In this document: piece after piece, positions 36,105 through 45,734 of the stretch | Layout: each line of letters starts with the position of its first letter | Position numbering within the stretch: position 1 is the stretch's first letter | IMG/VR virus record: IMGVR_UViG_3300010412_000015 | Span: 1-59,727 of that record | DNA from: a virus | Lineage: Duplodnaviria > Caudoviricetes | Direction: 5' to 3' (one strand) | DNA: 59,727 bases | Translations under genes and position numbers: made by a program | The notes under the pieces: generated by a model | Database searches by the model: none | Told to the model about the DNA's origin: nothing | Seen by the model: only the letters and a program-made list of their open reading frames with translations

Positions 36105-37016
36105 ATGACGCAGGAACGCATCTACGATTTTGGCGCGCTGCTCACACAGAGCCGCACCAAGACCCTCGCCGCCAGCCTTTTCACCCCAGGCATCTACGAG
36201 GGATTCGACCCCACCATCATCAGCCCCACGTTGTTGGAGTTCTCTCCCGGCACGTACCTGCTGCCCAACGGCGTGCTGGTCCGCGAAACCGCAGCTACTC
36301 GGGTGACCATCCCGACCCCTGCCTCGGCCGAGACGTACACCATCACGGCCGGTCATGATGACATCCAGGCTGTCGGTGGTTCGTCGGCCTTCTACACGCT
36401 TGAAGACGGCATTCGGGAGCGCTCGGGCGACCCGAGCACGAACTCCCTGGCCCTGCTCTGGGTCCGCCACACCGGCGGTGGCCCGCTGACCTACGAGATG
36501 CTGAGCCGGCCCCCGGTTCTTCAGGCCGGAACCCTTCTCTCGGCCATCGAAAACGGTGTGCTCCTGGCCCCGTTTCCGCAAGCGTGCAATGAGGTCAAGG
36601 GATCGAATATCCAGGTCACGCAGACGGTTCACGGTTCGGGGAACGAGCACCTGGGGACACTCATCCAGAACACAGCGGTCTCGGGTCTTCAGACCTACCA
36701 GTTCCGGCTGCCGTTGCCTCCGCGCCCAGCGCCCCGCAGCATTCAGGTGTTCGCAGACATCCCCTCCCTGGGCTCCATCTCGCTCAGCGCCGCTGGGTAT
36801 GAGCTGTACCAGGCTGGGGGTGGGGTAGTGTCCACAAGCCCGGCCTCTCTGACGGGTCCGATCACAGCCCTGGACCTCAGGTCGGCACCTGCTGGGACCT
36901 TCACGCTCGGCAACTACGAGGAGGACGATCCTCCTACTTCTCTTGGCGTGACGATCACTGTCCCCCCAGCCACCGCAGGTTTCTTCCTAAAGGGGTTCAA
37001 CCTGGTCGGCGATTGA
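36105..37016 (+). CDS. Virion structural protein, tail/baseplate-like
   Basis: TPGIYEGFD N-terminal motif; Thr/Gly/Pro-rich beta content. Confidence 0.5.
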   Translation: MTQERIYDFGALLTQSRTKTLAASLFTPGIYEGFDPTIISPTLLEFSPGTYLLPNGVLVRETAATRVTIPTPASAETYTITAGHDDIQAVGGSSAFYTLEDGIRERSGDPSTNSLALLWVRHTGGGPLTYEMLSRPPVLQAGTLLSAIENGVLLAPFPQACNEVKGSNIQVTQTVHGSGNEHLGTLIQNTAVSGLQTYQFRLPLPPRPAPRSIQVFADIPSLGSISLSAAGYELYQAGGGVVSTSPASLTGPITALDLRSAPAGTFTLGNYEEDDPPTSLGVTITVPPATAGFFLKGFNLVGD

Positions 37017-37049
37017 GGTACACGGTTCCTCCGCTCGTAGGGGGACCCG

Positions 37050-37715
37050 GTGCAGCACAAGGTCATTCAAATCGGTGTTGTGGGCGCTATGCAGCGAGCA
37101 CATCCAGCGCTGACGCAGCTTTGGCTTCAGTGGACTGGGGTGGCTGGGCTGGAGTGGGCGACCTTCGACATGGTTCGTCCAGAGTATGGATCGAATCCAG
37201 CCACCCAGGTGAAGCTCAAGGCCACCCGAGGGGTGACGGAGACCTGGCAGACCTTCTGCGACCTCCTGTCGCTGCCGGAGAAGGCGCCTGAGCGTCAACG
37301 GATGCCCATCTACCTCGATGCCCGCGCACCCGCTCATCCGGCCTTCTGGGCTGCCCTGAGGCGTCGTGAGCTGGAGGAGGTGGACGGCCCCATCGAGTTC
37401 TGGTGGCGGCTGCTCGTGCTCCGCTACAAGAGCATCCAGCTCGCCTCTCAGATCCTCATCCGGGAAGCCATCGGTGAGGACCAGCTTCTGGACCGGGGCA
37501 TCGTTGGCTTCAATAACCCTTCGTTGAATCGCGAGGGGCGGTCATCGGACAAGCTCCTCGTTGCTGGCACCTATTCTCAGCCTACACACGTCGTGGTATC
37601 GCTTCGGGTCAAGCGTACTGCCAAGCAGCAAGGCTTGGTGTTTAGTTTCGAGGACAGCAACTTCAAGGCGCGCTTTGTGTCCAAGCTGATTGACCTGGCT
37701 GTGTCTCGCGGCTGA
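37050..37715 (+). CDS. Hypothetical protein
   Basis: 221-aa ORF in operon context. Confidence 0.55.
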   Translation: MQHKVIQIGVVGAMQRAHPALTQLWLQWTGVAGLEWATFDMVRPEYGSNPATQVKLKATRGVTETWQTFCDLLSLPEKAPERQRMPIYLDARAPAHPAFWAALRRRELEEVDGPIEFWWRLLVLRYKSIQLASQILIREAIGEDQLLDRGIVGFNNPSLNREGRSSDKLLVAGTYSQPTHVVVSLRVKRTAKQQGLVFSFEDSNFKARFVSKLIDLAVSRG

Positions 37716-37725
37716 AAGGATTCGT

Positions 37726-38685
37726 ATGGCCTTTGTCGGTTTTGCCACCATGAACCCCATCGCCGCGTCCGCGATGCTTGACAACAATCGTTGGCGGACG
37801 GTTGTGTACGCCGATACCCCACGCAGCAAGGGAAGGTACGAGCTGTTCCTGAAGGGCGACAAGAAGGACCAGCGCAAGGCGGTGCTTTTCCTTATGGGGG
37901 CAGCCAACCTACACAAGGTAGTCAAGGACGCCGAACGCTTCGCCTCCGTCCTCATCTTCGACGACCTCCAGAACCTTCACCAGCTCTCAACGATCCTCAA
38001 GGACTTTGAGGTAGTGGACATCGATGTTGAGGGTGGGACTCACTTCCCGAGACATCTGACTCCGGCCGAGATGGCGGACGTGGTGTCTTCCTCGGGAGCG
38101 CCTCCGGCCGAGATCCCCCTTCTCACCAAGATCACGTCGGCCCTGGGGAAGCGCAAGCCCTCCGTTCTGGAGTCCACCTCCCGGATGCCTCTGCCTGAGG
38201 CGGTGCCTGAGTCCGGTGCTCAGCGCCTCCTCACCGAGATCAAGAACGTCGTCGAAAGCGCGGACAGCCAGCTTCCGTTCGCAGTCATCATCGACGTGTA
38301 CACGAAGTTCCTGTTCCGGATGCTCCCGCGCAACAAGGTCACCTCTACCGTGACCAAGAAGCTGCCTGAAGAGGCCAAGGATCTTTGGGGTACCGCCCTG
38401 GACCTGGCCAACTCCGACGTGGGGGTGCGCATGGCCCTGGGGTTCAGAGCGCTGTGCCGGGCAGAAGACCCGGACTACAGGGTCGGTCACGCTGTCGCTG
38501 ACTACGGCCTCAAACCGTATAGCGGGGACTTCCTCTATTTCACGTCGGTCCTACCGCCGAGTCGAGCTTTCGAGTTCCTCAAGGAACTTGACGAAGCAGA
38601 TGATGGGTCGTTGGGGCCACAGCAAAAGTTCAAGCCCTCGCCTGCCGCTCCCAAGGCTAAGAAGAAGGGGCGGAAGAAGGCGTAA
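37726..38685 (+). CDS. Hypothetical protein
   Basis: Start MAFVGFAT after AAAGGA; basic C-terminal tail. Confidence 0.6.
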   Translation: MAFVGFATMNPIAASAMLDNNRWRTVVYADTPRSKGRYELFLKGDKKDQRKAVLFLMGAANLHKVVKDAERFASVLIFDDLQNLHQLSTILKDFEVVDIDVEGGTHFPRHLTPAEMADVVSSSGAPPAEIPLLTKITSALGKRKPSVLESTSRMPLPEAVPESGAQRLLTEIKNVVESADSQLPFAVIIDVYTKFLFRMLPRNKVTSTVTKKLPEEAKDLWGTALDLANSDVGVRMALGFRALCRAEDPDYRVGHAVADYGLKPYSGDFLYFTSVLPPSRAFEFLKELDEADDGSLGPQQKFKPSPAAPKAKKKGRKKA

Positions 38686-38773
38686 GGTCGCCCTCGGCCG
38701 TCTATCGAGCCGAGGCGCACCCTGTCCTTACGTCGTGGCAAGGGGCCACGGAACAGCAACTAGGGGTCTTTCT

Positions 38774-41515
38774 ATGTTGGACACGGCACTTTCGGCCGAG
38801 CAGGCAGCCATTTCTCGCAAACCATCCAACCAGGCCGGCGTGCCTATCAAGCCGAAGCGCTACTTCACCGCAGACCATCCCAACACCAGCCCCTATGACC
38901 TCGTGGAGTGGGAACTCCGCGATGTCGAGATCAAGGACTTCAACTCCGGCAAGGTCATCTTCTCCCAGAAGGGCATCGAGACGCCCCGCTTCTGGACCCA
39001 GAACGCCATCACCATCGTGGCCCAGAAGTATTTCCGGGGCCACGGCGCCGAGCGTGAGAACTCGGTCAAGCAGCTCATCGACCGTGTGGCGAAGGGCATC
39101 GCTGAGGCCGGGGTGAAGAACCGCTACTTCGATGCCGAGTCGGCCCAGGTGCTCGAAGACGAGCTGCGCCACCTCTGCCTGCACCAGATGATGGCGTTCA
39201 ACAGTCCGGTCTGGTTCAACGTGGGCACGGTTGAGGACCCGCAGTGCTCCGCCTGCTTCATCCTCGATGTGCAGGACAACATGGAGTCGATCCTGGCCTG
39301 GCCTGAGGAAGAGGGGTACGTCTTCCGCAAGGGCTCTGGGGCAGGCGTGAACATCTCCCACATGCGGGAGAAGAACGCCCGCATCACCGGCGGCGGCTTC
39401 GCTTCCGGCCCGCTCAGCTTCGCTCTCGGTGCCGACCGTCAGGCGTCCGCCATCAAGAGCGGCGGCAAGACGCGACGTGCGGCCAAGATGCTGGTCATGA
39501 ACGTGGACCACCCCGACATCGAGGAGTTCGTTCAGACCAAGGTCGAGGGTGAGCGCGTGGCTCAGGCGCTCATCGCTGCCGGTTTCGACCCGGGCTTCAA
39601 CGTCGAGGGCGGCGCCTACGACCTCGCCCCCTGGCAGAACGCCAACAACTCAGTCCGTGCCACGGACGAGTTCATGCGGGCGGTCAGCGAGAATGGATCG
39701 TTCTCCCTCATCTCTCGTGCTCCGGAGGGTGGGGTGACCAAGGTGGTCAAGGCCAAGGACCTGTTCCGGCAAATCGCCGAGGCGGCCTGGCGCTGTGGCG
39801 ACCCCGGGATGCAGTTCCACGACACCGTGAACCGCTGGCACACCTGCCCGGCCGACGGCGAGATCGAGGCATCGAACCCCTGCTCCGAGTACATGTTCCT
39901 CAACAACACCGCCTGCAACCTCGCCTCGTTGAACCTCATGAAGTTCTACAGCCAGGACGCCGGCTTCGATGTCGAGGGCTTCCGGGCGGCGGTGGAGTAC
40001 ACCATCCTGGCCCAGGAGATCATCGTCTCCCTGTCCTCCTACCCCACCAAGAAGATCACCGAAGAGGCCAAGAAGTACCGGACCCTCGGCATCGGCTACG
40101 CCAACCTCGGCGCCATGCTCATGACCATGGGTCTGGCCTACGATTCGGATGAGGGCCGAGACCTGGCCGGGGCCATCACTTCGCTGATGTCGGCCGTGGG
40201 CTACCGCGTGTCCGGCCAGGTGGCCAAGGAGGTCGGCACCTTCACTGGCTTCTTCCGCAACCAGGAGGGCGTGGTTCGGGTGCTTCAGCAGCACCAGGAG
40301 GCCCACGGCCAGCTCAGCACCCAGGTCTCGCTCAAGACCAAGAAGCTCGATGGGCTTCTCCAAGCCGCTGAGGACGAGTGGGCGGAGGCGATCGACTTCG
40401 CCAAGACCACGGGTCTCCGCAACGCCCAGGTCTCGGTCCTCGCGCCCACTGGCACCATCTCGTTCATGATGGACTGCGACACCACTGGCGTCGAGCCGGA
40501 CCTCGCACTGGTCAAGTACAAGAAGCTGGTCGGTGGCGGCACGATCAAGATCGTGAACCAGTCCGTCCGTCCGGCGCTCATGGCTCTGGGCTACGACACC
40601 CACGAGGTCGAGGAGATCGTCGCCTTCATCGAAGAGAACGACACCATCGAAGGCGCTCCGCACCTCAAGGCCAAGGACCTCAAGGTGTTCGACTGCTCGC
40701 TGAAGCCGGCCAACGGCGAGCGCTCGATCTCGCCCCAGGGTCACATCAACATGATGGCGGCCTGCCAGCCCTTCCTCTCCGGTGCCATCTCCAAGACCGT
40801 GAACCTTCCTCGTGAGGCCACGGTCGAGGACATCGAGTCCATCTACATGGACGCCTGGAAGAAGGGGCTCAAGGCCATCGCCCTGTACCGTGATGGCTGC
40901 AAGGAGAGCCAGCCGCTCAACGTCAAGGCTGACACCAAGGTTGAGGCCAAGGTCGATGCCGTGCCGTCGGCCGCTGCCAAGCCTCAGCGTGAGCGTCTGC
41001 CCGACGACCGAATGGGTGGCATCCACAAGTTCTCCATCGCGGGTCATGAGGGCTACCTCACCCTCGGGTACTACCCTGACGGTCGGCTGGGGGAGGTGTT
41101 CATCAACATGTCCAAGCAGGGCTCGACCCTGGGCGGGCTGATGGATGCCTGGGCCACCATGATGTCCATGGGCCTTCAGTACGGCATCCCGCTGGACCAC
41201 TTCGTCGAGAAGTTCAAGCACACGAGCTTCGAGCCGAGCGGATTCACCACCAACCCCGATGTCCGCATGACCAGCTCCCTGCTGGACTACGTGGTCCGGG
41301 TGCTGGAGCAGCGGGCTCGGGTGGCCACTGAGGGTGGTCTGATGACCGTTCCGGTGCCCAGGGAGGACGAAGACAAGCTGGACGTGAAGTCCACTTTCGT
41401 GAAGGCTGAGTCGCTGGTGACGGGTCCGCCCTGCACCGCATGTGGGGCGATGACCGTCCGCGCCGGAGCCTGCTACAAGTGCGACAACTGCGGCTCCACC
41501 ACGGGCTGCGGCTGA
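38774..41515 (+). CDS. nrdJ: Class II (adenosylcobalamin-dependent) ribonucleotide reductase
   Basis: FNSPVWFN, QCSACFI, GKTRRAAKM, ASNPCSEY, ACNLASLN, APTGTIS, YRDGCK, C-terminal domain ending CDNCGSTTGCG. Confidence 0.95.
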   Translation: MLDTALSAEQAAISRKPSNQAGVPIKPKRYFTADHPNTSPYDLVEWELRDVEIKDFNSGKVIFSQKGIETPRFWTQNAITIVAQKYFRGHGAERENSVKQLIDRVAKGIAEAGVKNRYFDAESAQVLEDELRHLCLHQMMAFNSPVWFNVGTVEDPQCSACFILDVQDNMESILAWPEEEGYVFRKGSGAGVNISHMREKNARITGGGFASGPLSFALGADRQASAIKSGGKTRRAAKMLVMNVDHPDIEEFVQTKVEGERVAQALIAAGFDPGFNVEGGAYDLAPWQNANNSVRATDEFMRAVSENGSFSLISRAPEGGVTKVVKAKDLFRQIAEAAWRCGDPGMQFHDTVNRWHTCPADGEIEASNPCSEYMFLNNTACNLASLNLMKFYSQDAGFDVEGFRAAVEYTILAQEIIVSLSSYPTKKITEEAKKYRTLGIGYANLGAMLMTMGLAYDSDEGRDLAGAITSLMSAVGYRVSGQVAKEVGTFTGFFRNQEGVVRVLQQHQEAHGQLSTQVSLKTKKLDGLLQAAEDEWAEAIDFAKTTGLRNAQVSVLAPTGTISFMMDCDTTGVEPDLALVKYKKLVGGGTIKIVNQSVRPALMALGYDTHEVEEIVAFIEENDTIEGAPHLKAKDLKVFDCSLKPANGERSISPQGHINMMAACQPFLSGAISKTVNLPREATVEDIESIYMDAWKKGLKAIALYRDGCKESQPLNVKADTKVEAKVDAVPSAAAKPQRERLPDDRMGGIHKFSIAGHEGYLTLGYYPDGRLGEVFINMSKQGSTLGGLMDAWATMMSMGLQYGIPLDHFVEKFKHTSFEPSGFTTNPDVRMTSSLLDYVVRVLEQRARVATEGGLMTVPVPREDEDKLDVKSTFVKAESLVTGPPCTACGAMTVRAGACYKCDNCGSTTGCG

Positions 41516-41523
41516 TATGATGC

Positions 41524-41563
41524 GGCTGTGCCGGGTGTTAAGAAATGAACACCCGGCACAGCC
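41524..41563 (+). terminator. Hairpin after nrdJ
   Basis: GGCTGTGCCGGGTGTT, 8-nt loop, AACACCCGGCACAGCC. Confidence 0.65.
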
Positions 41564-41641
41564 TACGTCCTTTGTGCGCGTCACATTGTAGTCTGTCAGA
41601 GGGGCTGTCCGCATCCAGTGGACGGTTGTTTCGGGCGGGCT

Positions 41642-42505
41642 ATGGCGGGGACTATCATTTCAGAACTGGCGTTCGGCGTTGCTGAGCTATTTCATGCCAG
41701 CCCGGACATGATGGCTGTCGTCGCGGCAGCCGACCAGTTGTTCCTGCGCGCCAACGGCCCGCTATGCTCTCTTCTGGGATACAGAGAAGAGGAGCTGGTG
41801 GGCCGCTCGGTCTTCGACTTGGTGCATCCCGCCGACCTTCTCGTTGGACGCAAAGCGTTTGGCCACAAGAACCAGGCTTTCGAGCGCCTGACCCTTCGGC
41901 TCGGCACCAAGTCTGGTCGGCAGCATTTCATCGAGTGGAGCGGCACCCCGCTATCCAATGGGTGGGTCTTTCTCGTCGCCCGAGACGTGACCGAGGAACG
42001 ACAGCGCCAGGATGAGCTGTACCAGCTCGCCCACTTCGACGCGGTGACTTCGCTTCCGAATCGCCTCCTCTTCCGGGATCGAGTCACCCACGGGCTTGCA
42101 CAAGCTCGCCGCGAAGGGCGGATGTCCGCCCTGGTCTTCATCGACCTGGACAACTTCAAGCCGGTGAACGACACCTACGGCCACGCCGTAGGAGACCTTG
42201 TTCTGCGTGTTGTCGCCGACCGTCTGCGTAATGCAGTACGTGATACAGACACCGTAACGCGGCTTGGTGGCGACGAGTTCGTAGTGTTCCTGTCTCTGCT
42301 CAAGGAGCGGGTGACGCTTCGCTCGATCCAACGACGGCTCTTCCGGGCCGTGCGGACGCCGGTCAAGCTCCCTGAGGGTGGTGAGGTGAAAATCACGGCC
42401 TCGTGCGGAACAGCGGTGTTCCCAGACGACGGCAGTGATATGGATGAACTCCTGCTTCGCGCTGATGAGCGCATGTACAAGCAGAAGTCGTCCAAGCGGG
42501 AGTAG
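41642..42505 (+). CDS. PAS-GGDEF diguanylate cyclase
   Basis: PAS (LLGYREEELVG...VHPAD), HFDAVTSLPNR, DLDNFKPVNDTYGHAVGD, RDTD I-site, RLGGDEF, ADERMY. Confidence 0.92.
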   Translation: MAGTIISELAFGVAELFHASPDMMAVVAAADQLFLRANGPLCSLLGYREEELVGRSVFDLVHPADLLVGRKAFGHKNQAFERLTLRLGTKSGRQHFIEWSGTPLSNGWVFLVARDVTEERQRQDELYQLAHFDAVTSLPNRLLFRDRVTHGLAQARREGRMSALVFIDLDNFKPVNDTYGHAVGDLVLRVVADRLRNAVRDTDTVTRLGGDEFVVFLSLLKERVTLRSIQRRLFRAVRTPVKLPEGGEVKITASCGTAVFPDDGSDMDELLLRADERMYKQKSSKRE

Positions 42506-42509
42506 TTGT

Positions 42510-42683
42510 ATGCCGGCCTCAGAAGATAGCGATTTCCAAGAGAAATCCGAGCACGCTCACTTTGAAAACCGTGGGCACGAGCCCCATAGCAAGAGCACTT
42601 CTGAGAGGAAGCGACGCTTTCGTTTCGAGGACATGTACACCGTCATTGGCGGCCAATACGTCATGCCCCTGGACGATGACTAG
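42510..42683 (+). CDS. Small hypothetical protein
   Basis: 57-aa ORF filling the gap; weak support. Confidence 0.3.
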   Translation: MPASEDSDFQEKSEHAHFENRGHEPHSKSTSERKRRFRFEDMYTVIGGQYVMPLDDD

Positions 42684-42691
42684 AGGTTCCT

Positions 42692-42970
42692 GTGAACGAG
42701 AAAGACCTGCTGCAAAGCCTCGCCCAGCGCTTCGCTGCGTTGGGAGCGAATGAGAGCGAAGCTCTCTTCTATCTCCAGCGAGAAGCCAGCAGGCGCCTGT
42801 TGCGCATCGTTGACAAGTACAGCCGTTACATCCCCGTGGACCAGCGGGTGGACGGCTTCGAGATCCAGTCTGTGCGAGTTGAGGGCGGTGCCTTCGTCGC
42901 CGACATTGCGTTGTCGAGCGGTGGCGCCGTGGTCAAGGCCGCCAAGGTCACCTTCGACCCGACCAACTGA
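42692..42970 (+). CDS. Hypothetical protein
   Basis: 92-aa ORF with RBS GAGG. Confidence 0.55.
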   Translation: MNEKDLLQSLAQRFAALGANESEALFYLQREASRRLLRIVDKYSRYIPVDQRVDGFEIQSVRVEGGAFVADIALSSGGAVVKAAKVTFDPTN

Positions 42971-42978
42971 GGTGCGGC

Positions 42979-43803
42979 ATGGGTGCGTTCAAGCCCGACA
43001 TCATTGGCGCCGAGGTCATTGAGAGCCTCCGGTTCTGGAAGGACAGGTTGTCCGACTGGCCTGTCTCTGGCGTGGTTCAGCACTACACCGCCTCTCAGTC
43101 AGAGCAAGGCTTGGTGAAGTGGATGGCAACGCCGGAGTGCGAGGTGTCCGCCCATCTGTTCATCTTCCGAAACGGCCACAAGGTCCAGATGGTTCGGTTC
43201 GCAGACAGGGCCTTCCACGCGGGTGAGAAGCAAGGGCAAGGCTTCTGGAAGGGCCAGCCCCAGCCCACCAACGTCAACAACTTCACCATCGGCATCGAGA
43301 ACTGCAACGCCGGCTGGCTCATCAAGGGCAACGACGGCAAGTTCTACATGCCCAAGAAGACCAGCTCGGGATACGCGGCGGGTAGCCCCTACAAGGGACC
43401 GGCTCCCGAGCAAGCGGCAGACCACACCGGTCAGATGCGGTGGTGGGAGCCGTACTCGGACAAGCTGGTCGCGGCCAACATCGAGGTACTCAAGCAGATC
43501 GTGGACAAGTACCCCTCCATCACAATGGAGGACATCGGCTTCCACAGCGATGTGAGCCCTCACCGCAAGCACGACCCAGGGCCTCTCTGGCCGCACGAGT
43601 ACGTCCTTGCGGAGGTCTTCGGGAAGCCTGAGCCGATGCTCCCGACCCCGACTGCTCCGGCGTCTGAGCCGGACGACGACGATGACGAGATTGCCGCTCT
43701 GGGGGCGAACCGAGGCGACAATGCCGAGGGGGAAAACCCTGAATGGCACTACGACTACGACGCCCAGATGTCGATGATCGACAGGGTGCGTGAGCCTGAG
43801 TGA
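42979..43803 (+). CDS. N-acetylmuramoyl-L-alanine amidase (Amidase_2), probable endolysin
   Basis: VVQHYTA, SAHLFI, AFHAG, NNFTIGIE, GFHSDV...KHDPG. Confidence 0.88.
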   Translation: MGAFKPDIIGAEVIESLRFWKDRLSDWPVSGVVQHYTASQSEQGLVKWMATPECEVSAHLFIFRNGHKVQMVRFADRAFHAGEKQGQGFWKGQPQPTNVNNFTIGIENCNAGWLIKGNDGKFYMPKKTSSGYAAGSPYKGPAPEQAADHTGQMRWWEPYSDKLVAANIEVLKQIVDKYPSITMEDIGFHSDVSPHRKHDPGPLWPHEYVLAEVFGKPEPMLPTPTAPASEPDDDDDEIAALGANRGDNAEGENPEWHYDYDAQMSMIDRVREPE

Positions 43804-43807
43804 GGCT

Positions 43808-44224
43808 ATGTCCCGAGAAATCGAGATCCCGCTGACCGTGAGAGTCGATGAGGCCGGCGATGAGTTCTACGTGGCACGGCCTCGTAGGCCGACGGTCGTA
43901 GACCTCTCCAAGTCCACCTTCGTGGTCCTACACCCCGAGAAGGACGGAGAGCCGGCCACCATGATCATCAGGGTGCGGAGCCATAAGCGGTTCCCTCGGC
44001 AGGCTCCGGACGACCTCTGGGTTGCAGAGGTCCGACGAGCGGAAGACCGCTTCGGACCAGACGGCTATGTGGGCTACGGATACTTCATCAACAACTGGAA
44101 GTCTCAGTCACTACCACATGGACTTCAAAGCAGAAAACCGGTCATCGACCGGCTTGTGAAGGAGGGCCGCTTGGAGGTCTACGAAGCACCGGATGGGAAG
44201 GAAGCCATTCGGAGCGTAGGCTGA
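43808..44224 (+). CDS. Hypothetical protein
   Basis: In-operon ORF; C-terminal winged-helix-like VIDRLVKEGRLEV. Confidence 0.55.
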   Translation: MSREIEIPLTVRVDEAGDEFYVARPRRPTVVDLSKSTFVVLHPEKDGEPATMIIRVRSHKRFPRQAPDDLWVAEVRRAEDRFGPDGYVGYGYFINNWKSQSLPHGLQSRKPVIDRLVKEGRLEVYEAPDGKEAIRSVG

Positions 44225-44247
44225 AGGTCTCCAAGCCATCCTGAACC

Positions 44248-45012
44248 ATGGCCGGCAAACTGACTTCACGGATGGATGGGGTGGTGGAGCAGCTCTCAGA
44301 GCTGCCTTTGCCTCCTCGCGTCATGGCAAACCTGGAGGAGGCCGCTGAGCTGGTCGCTTCCACGGATCGAGTCGCTGAACAGCGCCGGCTAGCTGACCTT
44401 GCCGTCGAGCGAATGAAGCTGGAGGCCGCCTCCATCACGGGCGCTGACCGTGACCGTGGCGTGGTCCTCTCCATCCCAATCCCCCGGCAGTTCGCCTCGC
44501 GGTGGCCGGACCCGGCGACCTACAACCATGGACACGAGCCGCACCTCACGGTGCTGTACGTCTCGCCGGAGATGACTCCTGGCGAGGCATCAACGGTGCT
44601 CCATCTGGTCCGGAAGGTCGCCCGGACCATCCCGCCGTTTCGGCTCTTCGTTGATGCCCAGGCCGGGCTTCACGACTTCGGCCCCAACGAGGAGAAGGGC
44701 GAGAAGGCCCTCTGGCTGCCTGCCCGGTCTGACCCCCGTGGCGAGATTGAGCGGCTACATCGGATGCTCCGACAGACCTTGGAGCGAGAAGGCGTGGACG
44801 TTCAAGCCCACAAGGACTTCACGCCGCATGTCACCTGGGCCTACGTCCCCAACGACTTCGAAGATGAGAACAGGCGTCGGATGGAGGCGCATGTCTCCGA
44901 CCGATTCCAGCGAGGTATCTGGTTCGACGTGCGGCACCTGAGCATGTCGATGCCAACCGGAGGGGTAAAGGCCATCGCCTTGAGCCCGCTGCCGCGTAGC
45001 TCTGTCTACTGA
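44248..45012 (+). CDS. 2H phosphoesterase (2'-5' RNA ligase-like fold)
   Basis: Two HxT motifs: EPHLTVLY and FTPHVTWAY. Confidence 0.85.
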   Translation: MAGKLTSRMDGVVEQLSELPLPPRVMANLEEAAELVASTDRVAEQRRLADLAVERMKLEAASITGADRDRGVVLSIPIPRQFASRWPDPATYNHGHEPHLTVLYVSPEMTPGEASTVLHLVRKVARTIPPFRLFVDAQAGLHDFGPNEEKGEKALWLPARSDPRGEIERLHRMLRQTLEREGVDVQAHKDFTPHVTWAYVPNDFEDENRRRMEAHVSDRFQRGIWFDVRHLSMSMPTGGVKAIALSPLPRSSVY

Positions 45013-45022
45013 GGGAGCTACC

Positions 45023-45712
45023 ATGATCATCCAGTCTGTCAGTGCGGGACTCACGAACCTCGGACGCGAACTTCGCGTCCGTGGCGAGACAGAAGCTCTC
45101 GTGCTCGGCGACTGGACGTTTCAGGTCGGAACCGATGGCTTCGATCCGATGAACCCAGATGAAGCCACGGACGTGGACTTCTCGTCCCAGGTGCTGTCCG
45201 CACCGGTAGGCGGTACCCGCTACCTTGGGCGTGTCCTTAGCTCAGGCGCGGCGGCTTCGGCGACGGTGCTCGGCGACGGTCTCGTTCAAGTGGACGGCCT
45301 GGCGGGCATTCCCGTCTCGGTCAGCAACCGGTGGATTCGGTTGTCGGGCTCCGCCGACCCGTTCGTCAATGGGACTTGGGTGCTCTCGCAGTTCCTCTCC
45401 CCGACATCGGTGATCATCTACAACCCTCTGATGACCGCCAGCGACCCCGGCCCCCTGAACTGGGAGCTGCGTGAAGCCTGCCTGCTGCGCCCCAACATCC
45501 GCGCCATCGACTTTCATGGACGAGTGCTGGCCCCAGACGCCACGGTAGATAACCAAGAGCTGGGCCAGGTGGGCGTCTTCGCCAGGGTCATCAAGGCGCC
45601 TACAGTGCCATCCCTGCTAGGGTTGAACATCCTCTTCGCAGTGGCGCACCATCCAGCCATCGCCAAGTTCGAGGAGATGGCTATCAACTATCACATCTGC
45701 GTCCAGGCGTAG
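45023..45712 (+). CDS. Virion structural protein, tail/baseplate-like
   Basis: FQVGTDGFDP N-terminal and ELGQVGVFA...ILFAVAH C-terminal patterns resembling tail-collar/baseplate proteins. Confidence 0.5.
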   Translation: MIIQSVSAGLTNLGRELRVRGETEALVLGDWTFQVGTDGFDPMNPDEATDVDFSSQVLSAPVGGTRYLGRVLSSGAAASATVLGDGLVQVDGLAGIPVSVSNRWIRLSGSADPFVNGTWVLSQFLSPTSVIIYNPLMTASDPGPLNWELREACLLRPNIRAIDFHGRVLAPDATVDNQELGQVGVFARVIKAPTVPSLLGLNILFAVAHHPAIAKFEEMAINYHICVQA

Positions 45713-45734
45713 GGTTTGAAGGACACACTGAGCC

